Made by a program: the position numbers and the translations under genes. The notes under the pieces were generated by a model. That model was given only the letters and a program-made list of their open reading frames with translations, did not search any database and was not told the DNA's origin. A DNA stretch of 64,000 nucleotides from Podarcis tiliguerta (lineage: Eukaryota): the NCBI GenBank assembly GCA_965153285.1, contig OZ229120.1, one strand, 5' to 3'. Below are positions 49,101 to 60,000 of the stretch, piece after piece. The stretch's first letter is position 1. Each line of letters opens with the position of its first letter.

Positions 49101-51177
49101 GGAAACTTGTGCCTTTCTGACTGGTGCTTAACAAAAACTTCCTTTATCCATGACCACTGCCCATGCTGACTGAGTCCCACAAGTTCACTAGCCCTGCTCT
49201 AGACAAACTCGGCCTCACCACAATTACAGGCCCTCCATCTTTCAAATAAGTGTGACAAAGGATTGTATTGTACTCCTGAGGGACCCCTGGGAAGCAGTCC
49301 TTTCTCTGGGAATATGTGAAAATATAGGAATGAGTCTATCAGCTCTGAATGAGTATTTGTGGTTGGTTGAAGTGGAAAAGAATTCTAGGTGTAAATGCAC
49401 TTTAAAAAAAATACCACTCAGCTCTGGGTGAGATGTATTTATTTAGGTTTACATTTTTTACTAGCTGTACAGCACAGAGGAACCTAAAACAAACAATGAA
49501 CCAACCATGAAATGGGTTCTACATCTAAATACTGGAAAACAATGGAAAATTCTATGCCAAAATTAACTGGAATTTACGTTTCCTTACCTGGGGTCCATTC
49601 TAGGTCCTTTTCATTCATCTGCAAGTATTTTTTGCTGTATCTTTCAACAGGTACAAAACCTGAAGACAAAAACCTAGAGTTGTCAAATAAACATACTATA
49701 AATTCAGACAAAGCCAATGCAGAACCACAATCTATATTTAGTTAAAATGCACAAAGGACTATTTTCGGGGGGGGGGGGAATCCCTCTTCTGCTTTGCTCA
49801 CGATAACATATTTGTGCATTTATTTTGTATAAGGCTCTCAAGAAAAATCTTGGGGATTTTATGGGGATAACCACCTTCGTTTGAAGGATTTGGATCACAT
49901 CACAAACAGAACTAGAAGACGGGTTAGAAAATGTCCAGATCGGAGGGGTACAGATTCAATGGCACCTTAACACTGTTCTTCAAGAAATTACTGATTGCAC
50001 CCTTAGTTACACAGGATTAATTCTATTACAGAAAAATTTGCATGCGCAATACTTTCCAGAATAAAACGATATTGCAAACTAACCTTCACTTTCATTCTTT
50101 TTGGTCATAAAATACGGCGTCCTTTTCATTGCCCCTCTGAGCTCTTGTTTTAAAGCCAAAAGGTAATCCGCATCCTCTCCCGTTTTCAGTGGTATTGGTT
50201 TGTAATCTGTTGTCTATGAAAATCACACATATTGGGTTGTATTTAATGGTAGCTTTGTACTAGTGGAAAGCACTTTTGCTTGTGTAAGGTGAAACACTCT
50301 CTTCTTCATCCAATCCCTGCTACATATTACAGCCATTGCATCATATCCTGTCTTGTTCCAGAGGGGCTTCCAACTGCAAGAAAGCAACTTTTGGGGGGGG
50401 GGGGAGTGGTAGGGGCTGCAATGCGTCAGAGAGATTGGCAAGAATCAGTTGCCCCTCCTTGTGCAAGTGTAAGTGCCTCCCAACGTCATTACTCCAACTG
50501 CAAAATAGAGTTTTATACTGTTCTTTCTCTCTCCCTCTCTCTCAAAAGAACTCACATAACCTTTTTTTTATTTCATAGGAATCTTTATAAAATGCTTCTC
50601 CAGCAATGACAAGAGTACTGGAGGGTACAGAACACAAAGTGCTGTGACATCTTTAATTACTGTCAAAGAACAGCAGCTAAAAACCCTGGGCACTTTTTAT
50701 ACCAGAAGCCCAAGTGCACGCTGGTTTGGTAATCTAAGAGAAATAATTCAGCCAACACACACACACAAATACGCCAGCACCTGGAGAGCCACTACCAGTC
50801 AATGTGGACAGTACTGAACCAGATGGACTAATGGCCTGACTCAGTATAAAACAGCTTCCTGTGTTCTTGTCTACCATCACCTTCACTAAGTTTAAGCCTA
50901 AAGGCTTGGCCTATTGTTTTCCAATATTAGTCTACCAGCAATAGGATTAACTACGGACTTGGCATTTTCTTGCTCTTTTTATGTGGCATGCAAGTGCAAG
51001 ACTTCACCCCAACGGCAACTTGTGGTTTGAAATTCTGGCTGCTTGCTAGATACTTACAGGATATAGCGGAGAAGGCCCAAATACTGCTTCAGGTAGCGCT
51101 TCACCTTTAACAAAGCCAATTGCTGCAATGTCAAAGGTCAAGGCCGCACGCCCTCTTCCTCGGCCTGACCTGGCCAT
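46105..51177 (-). CDS. POLR3G: RNA polymerase III subunit G (RPC7-alpha/RPC32); 7 coding exons, 212 aa
   Basis: 120+130+72+51+71+108+87 = 639 nt in frame; motifs GRGRAALTF, YLLALKQELR, DWRRLPRE, acidic tail ending DDDMDEATY; lies between LYSMD3 and MBLAC2. Confidence 0.96.
46745..46870. mobile_element. hAT-type MITE, decayed, in the last POLR3G intron
   Basis: cccttcagatgtt...cccatca...tgatgggagctgtggttc arms. Confidence 0.6.
46974..47081 (-). CDS. POLR3G: POLR3G coding exon 6 (acidic)
   Basis: cccag|ELEKKGDEEKSDEEEKDKEEEEEGEPEEYEEEEHEE|gtatt; 108 nt. Confidence 0.94.
47824..47894 (-). CDS. POLR3G: POLR3G coding exon 5
   Basis: ttcag|(A)GGKPKKAKTATPKTNVDVLKKIE|gtaga; 71 nt; NAGNAG acceptor. 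Confidence 0.92.
48088..48114. repeat. (AC)n microsatellite
   Basis: Direct reading. Confidence 0.95.
48420..48470 (-). CDS. POLR3G: POLR3G coding exon 4
   Basis: gaag|(D)WRRLPRELKPKKKTEK|gtaac; 51 nt. Confidence 0.93.
49588..49659 (-). CDS. POLR3G: POLR3G coding exon 3
   Basis: ttcag|(G)FVPVERYSKKYLQMNEKDLEWTP|gtaag; 72 nt, phase 1-1. Confidence 0.9.
50084..50213 (-). CDS. POLR3G: POLR3G coding exon 2
   Basis: tag|TTDYKPIPLKTGEDADYLLALKQELRGAMKRTPYFMTKKNESE-G|gttag; 130 nt. Confidence 0.95.
51058..51177 (-). CDS. POLR3G: POLR3G coding exon 1 (acceptor at 51186)
   Basis: ttttcag|gaatttgatATG; MARSGRGRGRAALTFDIAAIGFVKGEALPEAVFGPSPLYP|gtaag. Confidence 0.94.
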
Positions 51178-51456
51178 ATCAAATTCCTGAAAAGAATACC
51201 TTGCATTTAATATTTATTCTTGTTCTGCAGAGTATACACAGAAAATATGACTTTTCTTTTTAAAAACAAATAGCCACCACAAGAAGTAACTTGAAGAAAC
51301 ACATAATCCACTTTTGCTACTAATTATCATGCCAGTCGTATTAATAAAAAAGCACAAACCAGGGCAGAACGTGCAGTCGGTGGGGTTAATTAGGCCTTGC
51401 TGTACAGCTGACAGGGCCATTTGGCAAAGCCACACCCAACTGCCGTATGACACCAG

Positions 51457-51749
51457 CAGAGCTGTCTTAAGCATATGCGGTGCCGAGGTGCAAAGATCCG
51501 CCTGGCACCCCCCAGGTTGCCAGTCCCAGGCGTGCAGGAAGGCGGCGCCGGCCACTTCAGCTTCTCGCTGGCTTGGTCGGCCCCGAACTCGCAGCGCAGA
51601 GCTGCCTGCAGCAGTAGAGCCCACCGCAGCGCTCCGACCAACAGGCGGGCTTTTTCCAGGACTCAACTCTCAGGCTCTGGACTTTCGGCCTGGCATCCCT
51701 GAGAGCCCGGCACCCGGCACCCCTAGCACCTAGGGGTAAGACGGCCCTG
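51457..51749. mobile_element. CpG-rich hAT MITE (293 bp) in POLR3G intron 1
   Basis: TIR CAGAGCTGTCTTA / TAAGACGGCCCTG; 8-bp TSD GACACCAG/GACATCAG. Confidence 0.88.
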
Positions 51750-52488
51750 GACATCAGGTAAAGGACATGTTAACAATGTGGGCCAACCAAAAGAAGGTTT
51801 GCTGGCACTGCTTATCCTTGGTACCCCAAGGAATCTTGGCAGGAACAGCAGTTTTCTTCCCCCGCCCAGTCATTTTCAGGAATGCAGCCCCTTCCCCCAG
51901 TGAAAGCCAATGCCTCCCATTTCCATTGATGCACATGGAGCAGAAGCATCTGGCAAAATGGCTAATGGGGAAGCACAAAAGCAGGTTTCCTGCAAATGAC
52001 CCTCAAGGCAATAGGGTCCTTGCTGGAAAATGGGGCAGAGTTTTGCCCCTCACCAGCAGTTTTGGGGAGTGCAACCTTTTTCCAGGGTTGTGGCTGGTCT
52101 TTCTGCTGTGTGAAAAAAGACAGATAAAGAGGCAACAATTGGACAGTGTCATGTGCATGCTCAGTAAGAAGCGAGTGAATGAAGCAGGGCTAAATGCCTA
52201 ATGGGGAAGCACTCCATGTCCCATTGAACCAAACTGATTTTGCTTTAAGTAAACATGCATGGAATCAAGGTATCTATACACATGTATATACACTCTCCCC
52301 ACCTTATGCACTGATGAAATCTTATCTCTGCCTGTTGTATACTAAACTGATCACAAAGCTATCCTTAAGAATGCTTCATCTCACAATGCACCTAGTCATG
52401 GAATATCTGCAATTCAGTACAGCAACATTTGCTGTTGGCGGTGGGTTAGAGAAACCACACACTGGCTTTACAGGACGAGGCACTGGAG

Positions 52489-52545
52489 CAGCCTTCCTCA
52501 ACCATAGGTTCTCCATAGGTTTCAGACTACAACTCCCCTCAATCT
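52489..52545. mobile_element. Half copy of the ACTACAACTCCC MITE
   Basis: cagccttcctcaacc terminus and gactacaactccc at 52525-52537. Confidence 0.65.
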
Positions 52546-52590
52546 CGTCTAGGGCCAAGATGCAGTTGCCCCTTTTCCCTTCCTTCTGCA

Positions 52591-52718
52591 ATCATAGAGT
52601 TGGAAAGGTCTCCTCAGGGTCATCTAGTCCAACCCCCAGAAGGCAGGAATCTCTTGCCCAACGGCTGGAACCCAAGACCCTGAGATGATGAGTCTCACGC
52701 TCAACCGATTGAGCTACC
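52591..52718 (-). mobile_element. tRNA-Lys-derived SINE with a CR1-like 3' tail
   Basis: The - strand reads GGTAGCTCAATCGGTTGAGCGTGAGACTCATCATCTCAGGGTCTTGGGTTCCAGCC (tRNA-Lys-CTT-like), then ttcctgc...gggttggactagatgaccct...ttccaactctatgatt (CR1 tail). Confidence 0.85.
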
Positions 52719-52817
52719 TCACGAAACATTTTTTTATCATAAGTGTCAGTGCATTAGGAGGAACAGATAAAACAAAAATGAATAGGGGCAGCTGGAGCAT
52801 ATGGGATTGGGACTCAC

Positions 52818-52900
52818 TTCCCCAGGGTGCGCGCTTGGACCTGCACGAGATAGCCCCAAACGAAGCTGCCGCGAGCAAACGACCCTCCTTCGACTCTCAC
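52818..52900 (-). other. POLR3G: Probable non-coding exon 1 of POLR3G (5' limit uncertain)
   Basis: Strong donor GGGAA|gtgagt at 52818/52817, at the edge of the shared CpG island. Confidence 0.5.
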
Positions 52901-54060
52901 GAAATATTTAAAAGGGGGAAGCATCGGGAGAGCCGTGCCTCTTATTCAGCAGCACGTCAAGCACCACCATCGCATTGCATCTTCAAAGCCCAATTGCAGC
53001 CGCCTTCTCGCAGCCTCACGCCTCTCCGCTCCGGCCCTGCCAGGCCGCTCCTCCTGCAGCCTCGCCTCGCCCAGCCCGCCATCCCCGGCCCGCCTGCTCG
53101 CGTGCCCGGCGCCGCGCTACCGCAGTGGGCAGGGACGGGGCGGAGACCTCTCGCTCGCTGGCTCGCTCGCCCGAGCACGTCCCGCTCAGGCGCCTCCGTC
53201 CCCGCCTCCTTCTCGGGCTCCGCCCCAGCTCCGCGCTCGGCTCGCAGCGCGAGAGGCGCTGCAGGCGGCCCGGCAGGTCGGGGCTGCTGCGTCGTCGTCG
53301 GCGATGTCGGCGCTGGAGTGGTTCGCGCACAAGTCCCTGGGCGGAGGCATCTACTGGATCCAGGAGCGCTTCTACGAGTCGGGCAACCGGGCCAACATCT
53401 GGCTGGTGCGCGGCTCGCAGCGGGACGTGGTGATCGACACCGGCCTGGGGCTGCGCAGCCTCCCCGACTACCTGCGCTTGGCCGGGCTGCTGGGCGCCGA
53501 GGGCGACGAGAAGGCGCTTCTCCCTCCCGAGGGCGCCGCCGGGCGCCCCAGGCCGCTGCTGGCCGTGGCCACCCATGTGCACTTCGACCACGCCGGCGGG
53601 CTGCACCAGTTCGACGAGGTGGCCGTGCACAGCGCCGAGGCCCGAGCGCTGCGCCGCGGCGACAACTACGAGACCGTCACTTGGCTCTCGGACAGCGAGG
53701 TCGTGCGCCAGCCCAGCCCGGGCTGGAGCGCCCGCCAGTTCCGCGTGCGGCCCGTGCAGCCCACGCTCGTCTTGCAGGAGGGTGAGTAAAGGAGCACGGC
53801 GGGCGGCGATCGGCTGCCCAACGCCCGTCCGGGGCAACGCCAGGCTCCGGGGCCTCTTTGGAAGGACGGAGCGCGGCTCTACGACGTCGGGGTGGAGAAA
53901 AAAAGGAAAAGAAAGAAAGAAAAAGCACCTCTGGCCATGCACAGAGGGACTTTATCTCACCCCTCCAGGGAACCGTCTGGGACTTGCGGGACTGCAGGCG
54001 GGCCGGGCGGGCAGGTTTGAATTGCAGCAGCTTGACTCGGGCCTCGCCTCGGGTGTGCCT
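52820..54060. promoter_or_regulatory. CpG island: bidirectional POLR3G/MBLAC2 promoter and MBLAC2 exon 1
   Basis: CpG-dense region between divergent genes; TATTTAAA at about 52905; non-canonical E-box CACGAG at 52844-52849. Confidence 0.85.
53304..53781 (+). CDS. MBLAC2: MBLAC2 coding exon 1
   Basis: gcgATGTCG ... CAGGAGG|gtgagt; 478 nt, phase 1. Confidence 0.96.
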
Positions 54061-57000
54061 GCAGAATGGCACCGATTCCCCTCAACTTAGTTAGAAAGTT
54101 TCCCATTATTTGCAACGAAGGCAGTTGGAGTGGCAAATGTCTATGTGGTATGAATTGCCCCAAGTGTCTCCACCTCTCGTGTATAGTTAGCAAATGTGCT
54201 TGTGTATGTCACGAATATTAACATTGTCCGTTGCATTCTATATGTAATTATATTGCTCATGTTACTATAGGTGCTTCATAAATACTCAGGGCTGGCGGTG
54301 GATGTGTGTTTGGGGTCTGTTGCGGAGAATGACAGGCGGGGGCGTCGGCTCCAGTATACAAGAGAATGTGTAAAGGGAGGGTTTTTTTTTAATGCCCTGG
54401 ACCTATGTATACAGAGAGAGCAGAATCAGGGCTGTTCCTTCTTTGGCTTCACCTCTCCGGATGTGTAAAAGGGCAGTTCTGAGCTTCGAGAACGGAGATT
54501 TCTGGGATAAACTAAAGGCATAGCTTCTCTTGATGGGCTTTGAGATGCCTTAGGAAAGAAAACGTGCAGCAGGGGTATGGAACTGCTCGTAGGGTGGAGA
54601 AAGGAGTTGGAAAGGGAGTGTTTTTTGTTTTACATGGATTTTGTAATGGGTAGAGACTTTTTTCAAATGCTTGATAAAACAGAAGCAAAAGCCTGTAGCC
54701 CACCCTTTCCCTTTTTATAGGGAAGGAAAGAGAGAACCAAAGATCTTATAACCCTGCTCTTCATTTTGTGGCCCCTCTCGCTCTGTGTGTGTAATGTGGG
54801 GTGTGGTATCTTCTCCTTTAAGGTTTGAGCATCCATATATGCAGGAGTTGTGGGCATCTGGCAATATCCACGCATGTGGATATATTTAAAAGGGCAAACC
54901 AGCATGAATATGCACTGTGTCTGTGAATGAGAGAGTATGGGTGGAGACATTTCTAGTAGCTCCTGAAAAATACGTAGGAGGTGGTCTTAGGCATTTGTAG
55001 ATGTTTTTGCTATCCATAATGAGTTTTGAAAAAACAAATCCCCAGTAGCAGATGCAAGCTTAGCCAGCAGATATATGTAGGAATAAGAATCTACACTGGA
55101 GGTTATCACTTGCGGGGTGGGGTTGGAACTAAGCCGCAGCCTTAGTTTATGGCATGCTTTCTCTCAGCAGGTATACATCAGTCCATGTACAATTCTATTT
55201 TTATATAAAATATTACTTTATATATACATATTGACCTAAATTAATTAGTAAAGAGAACAGATAAACAGAACTCTACAATTCTACGATTCCTTTTAAGCAC
55301 TACCCCAAAGTAACACTCTCTGATAATAATCTAACAGTCCTGTGCATCTTTACTCAGAAGTAAGTCCTACAGTACTTAGTAGGGCTTGTTTACTAATAAG
55401 CATGCTGAGGATTGCAGCCCAAGTCATTGTGATATACAATTTCATATCTTAACTACAGTTCAATTATGTTATTGTCTCTAGCTGTCCTATTAATTAGCTT
55501 GGTTTCCCCTCTCAAATGTACATGTTATATAGCAGGGATGGGGAAGCCTTGTGACACAAGGCAAATCAGATCTCCTTTCCATCTGTCTTTTCAAACCCCA
55601 CCCCTATCGCATCTATTATTTTAGACTGGCTTGGGGTAGGAAAATCTCAGGCCCAGCAGCTGAATGTAGCTCTTCAGGACATATCAAGTCCTTTGACCTG
55701 GCTGGACCACATCCCTGAAGTGTCATAATGCTGTTTGCTTGGAGGGATGGAGGATGCAGAGATGTTTGAGGGGGCTGTAGAAAACTCTGTTTTTTGAACA
55801 GTCTGCGGTTGTAATACTTGTTTTTCTCAAAATTTATCTTCTGTACCATGAAAATAAATAAAAACAGAAAAAAAATGTCCCCTCTGTTGCTCTGCCTGCT
55901 TTTACCTCCAGCCCCAACTACCAATGTTACCCATGGAGGTGTGTGGCGATTGGCTTGAAAAAACGGTTTCCCATCCAGACTCTTTGCTTGTTTTTAAAGC
56001 CAAATCTGAAGCAAAAGGACAGAGCTTTGGCTTGAATGCAGACACCAAAACTACGTGTTGAGGGCCCCTCTGCCCCTCCCCTCCAGTTAAACAAGCATTG
56101 GGTGAAGACAGCATAAGAACAAAGAGTGTTACTTGGCTTCCAGTCTTCTTACAAATTTTATATAGAAATTTATGAAGCTGCCTTGCTGTAGTTTGGGCTG
56201 TTGGGCCACCAAGCTCAGTATTGCCGTGTTTGCACATAATACTAAGCCATGGTTTGTTCAGCAAACCACAAGTTGTCTAACAGATAAGCAAAAAAACCCA
56301 CAGCCCCCCCCCCCCCAAATATGGTTGGTTTGTTGCCAGAAAACAATGGTTCGTCTGCTAAATAAACCATAGTAAGGGCAGGGAACTAATGGTCCACAGG
56401 CCAAATTTGGCCCACCTTGCCTCCCTATTTTGCCAGTGAGGCTGTGATTGCCATACCACACCCAACTGCCCCACACCTGACATCATATGTGACATCAGGT
56501 TTGGGGAATGTAAAGACATGACCTGTCTTCCCCATAACTATCACGGTGACTACCCACCCCACCCTTGTAGGCCAAGTTTGACAACTAGGCAGGGTGACCC
56601 ACCTATTGATCAGCTGATATTATGACACCTGATGATTGATAGGTGGGTGGTACTGACCACCTATCAGAATTGGCCCATGGGCTGGATAGAAGATAAAGAT
56701 CTGACCCACTGGGCTTAAAAAGCGCTCTCATCCCTGGCTTGGTGCTATGTATGAACCAGGCTACTTACTGACTAGAAGCAAATCACTGGTTTTAGCTGGG
56801 TCTTTCCCAGCCCTTCCTGGAGATGCCAGCAATTGAACGTGAGGTCTTTTGCATGCAAAGGATGTGCTGCACTATTGCCCTACAGCCATTTCCCCCAAAG
56901 GGGAGGCGGGGATGCCAGGAATAAATAAGGTATCTGTGTGTGCCTAAAGTTATATTTAATAGTGTATTTGCAGTGTTCAGATGTACGTATTACCATGTCC

Positions 57001-60000
57001 ATGCTTAGTAAGTTCTCAGTCACAGTATATCTACATGTGGGCATCTAGGTGTATACAGTGTCACATTAACGGTTCTGCTAACCATTCTTGCCAATTAAAT
57101 ATAAAATGCAAAGTGTTTGGGAGAACATTAAAGTAAGCTATTGGTTATCGGTTGTAACATTTCATTATTGAATCCTGATTTGTCTTCAGGGTCCTTAAGA
57201 AGGGGTGACTAAAAGAAACAAATATATTATTTTCTGATCTAGATGAAGCTAGATGAAATTGGATTCTGAGTATACTGTTCTCTCATGGGGAGGTGACTTT
57301 TCGGAGGTGATAAGCCTGCCAGTTTGCCTCTTTGCTTACAGGAAAAACACAGCTAAGGTCCAAGAAGACCATTTGATTAAGATGTCAGAGTGAGATATGA
57401 GATCATAATCCCATGCACTCACATTTCCAGATGGAGCACACAGTTTCTGTTAGTGTCAGATCCCGGAAAACTTCTCTGAAATATATTTCCTGGGATCACA
57501 AGTTCAGTATGCAATCATAAGATCACGTTATTTGAAGTAAACATTACTGAAATAGTGAATTATGTTATTTTTGCTAGCTCTCACACAGAAAGCCTTACTA
57601 TGGTGAAAACTCAGTGGCCTGTTTTACACATACGAACCCAGATTTATAAACCCATGTATTATAAAGTTAGAAACAGGCATGTTCTTTCCTTGCTGTTCCT
57701 ATCATCAGCCCAGGCACCAGCCCAGATATCCAGGATAGTTTTAGAACAGAGTTCCCTGATGTATTTGAAACAGGAAACTTTGGCTTAATGTTGGCTGACT
57801 AACCAGGATGTTAAACCAGAACCAGGTCAGGTCCCAGCTTAATATCCCGGTTAACTGATATTATCCCAAACTCCCCCATTTTGGACACAGTGGGGAAATC
57901 TGGAATACAACAAAGATCTCTGGACTAAATAAATCTGGTATGTAAGGAAGGGAAGAGCAAGGAAAAAGTTCATGGTTCCAGATTACAGTGCTGGTAGGTT
58001 TGTAGCCTTTGCTTAGACAAAAAGATGTCTTCTTCTGAGTTGAGAACAAATAGCTACTGGAAATATTCTGAAATTAATATCAAGCAACTAAAAGTATTAC
58101 TGCATCAGAAGTTAAAGTGTTTGTTTATATATTTAAAAAGTACATGGTTACTATGAGATTTCCTGTCAGCAATTTTGATTGCCTAGATTTGCAAAATTGA
58201 ACAGATTTGAAATCTAATGGGATTTATGAAATGTAGCAACCCAGCTTTATGCACTTTATCCCTTATCCTCTGGTTCATCCCATATCAATTATCATTGATA
58301 CTGTACTGTGAAAAGAGAAGAATATGATTCTAATGTATTAATTGCTGAGAAAATCCAGCCAGTGATACCAGCCAGTAAAAATTCACTATAGTGATAGACA
58401 TTTCAGAATATTCTACAAATTTTTAAAATTTAATTACTGGCAAAAACATGTGTTGCCATATAGCCTGGTTATTTGGGATTTGCCCAGATTCTGGGCTTGC
58501 CATCCAGTGTTTGGGGCCATTAAGTTGGTGCAGCAGATTCCCAGCATTTCCCCCGATCTGTAGATAAGACAAAAGTTCAGGCACTATTCTGCTGAATTGC
58601 TTGATGAGAACTCACTTGAACCTTCTGTTGCTCTAGCCAGAGGCAAGTTTCAGCTTTGATAGTGTTCCACTTTGTCTCCCTTCCTTGTATGACCAAGAAG
58701 AAGAAAAAAACGTATGTATACACGTCCACCCACCCCATTGGAATAATGACAGCTGGGAATGGAAGCCTCTCCCAGTGTCAGTATTCTGATATTTGTGTGT
58801 TGGTTGTATTGGAGATAATATTTTTTAAACATTTTTTTTTAATCCAAGAGTCCCTGAAGATGCTTTTAAGAAAATGAAACATCTGGAAATGTGAGTTTGG
58901 CCCTTTGCTGTTATGACTAAAGGCCACTGGCAGATCTGCCTTAAACCCACCTAAGCTTGTGGCCATTGCAGCATCATGTGAATTCTATTAGAGGTGATTG
59001 CATAGTGTCTCCCAGTAAACATAGTTAAATAATAACAACTTCTATTATTTTGACAAAATTAGCAGCTGTGTTTGCTCTTTTCACACTTTTATAAAGCTCT
59101 GCTATCATCTCCCCCCTTTCTGTGACAAAAATGTCATTTACCACCCCACCCTGTGATTATTTCAAATGCCCCTTTTGTACCTCCAGCTCAGCAGGGCCCT
59201 TTCTGGGATGCAACATTTTTTTATATGGGCAATCCTGTTATGAGATGATACTGCTAGTTGTTTCACTTTCCAGTCTCATTCCTAAAGCTGAATTTAACTT
59301 TTTTACTGCTGCAATACACTGAGCTGACATTTCAGTGACATTTCTTTCATGAACACAAGACCACTTTGTGGGTGTTTGCAGCCAATTCAGGTTCTATCTG
59401 CATAAATATGAAGGTTAGATTAAAAAAACACCCCCAAAATGTATCACTTTGAACTTACTTGCACTGAATTTCACCAATTAATTAGCATACATAATGCACA
59501 TTAGTGCATTCAGATGAGAAACTTCAGATGATACGGTAAAATAATTTCATGCCAAAAAATCATTTGAGAACTTTGCTGTGAATGTGTGTGTTCATGTGCA
59601 AAATTTATTAGAAAGGGGATATTTTTATTTATTGTATTTCATTTTAAAATCACCCTTCATCTAACAGCATCCCAAAGCAGTTTACAAGCATTTCTACATT
59701 AAAAACAATTTAAAAATTCATACTACAAATCTGAACCCATAATTAAAATACCATTGAAAATATTTTACAGCGGGCAATCGACATAACCGCTAAGCTTAAT
59801 GGGTCAGTTTCTTCCACAGGCCTGGGGGAAGAGGTACAGTTTTAACTGGCACTAGAAAGTTAGGTAACATCAGTCCCAGCCCAGTCTTTGAGGGGAGGGG
59901 ATTCCATAGAGGGAGCACCACCACAGAGAAGGCACTGTCTTGCGCCATCATTCCAGGGGCCTTACTTAGCGGTGGGACATCCAGCAGCGCCTTCCCTGCA

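Noticed and set aside
51214-51754. ORF cluster of 65-150 aa
   Set aside because: Falls within the GC-rich hAT MITE; no transposase motifs.
52650-52718. Possible tRNA-Lys gene
   Set aside because: The anticodon arm is mutated, the T-arm and acceptor stem are truncated, and it is fused to a CR1-like tail, so it is a SINE.
52685-53942. Long overlapping ORFs (366 aa +, 308 aa -, and others) across MBLAC2 exon 1
   Set aside because: Shadow frames of GC-rich coding and CpG-island DNA; low-complexity Arg/Ala/Pro/Gly products; the 366-aa ORF starts inside a SINE.
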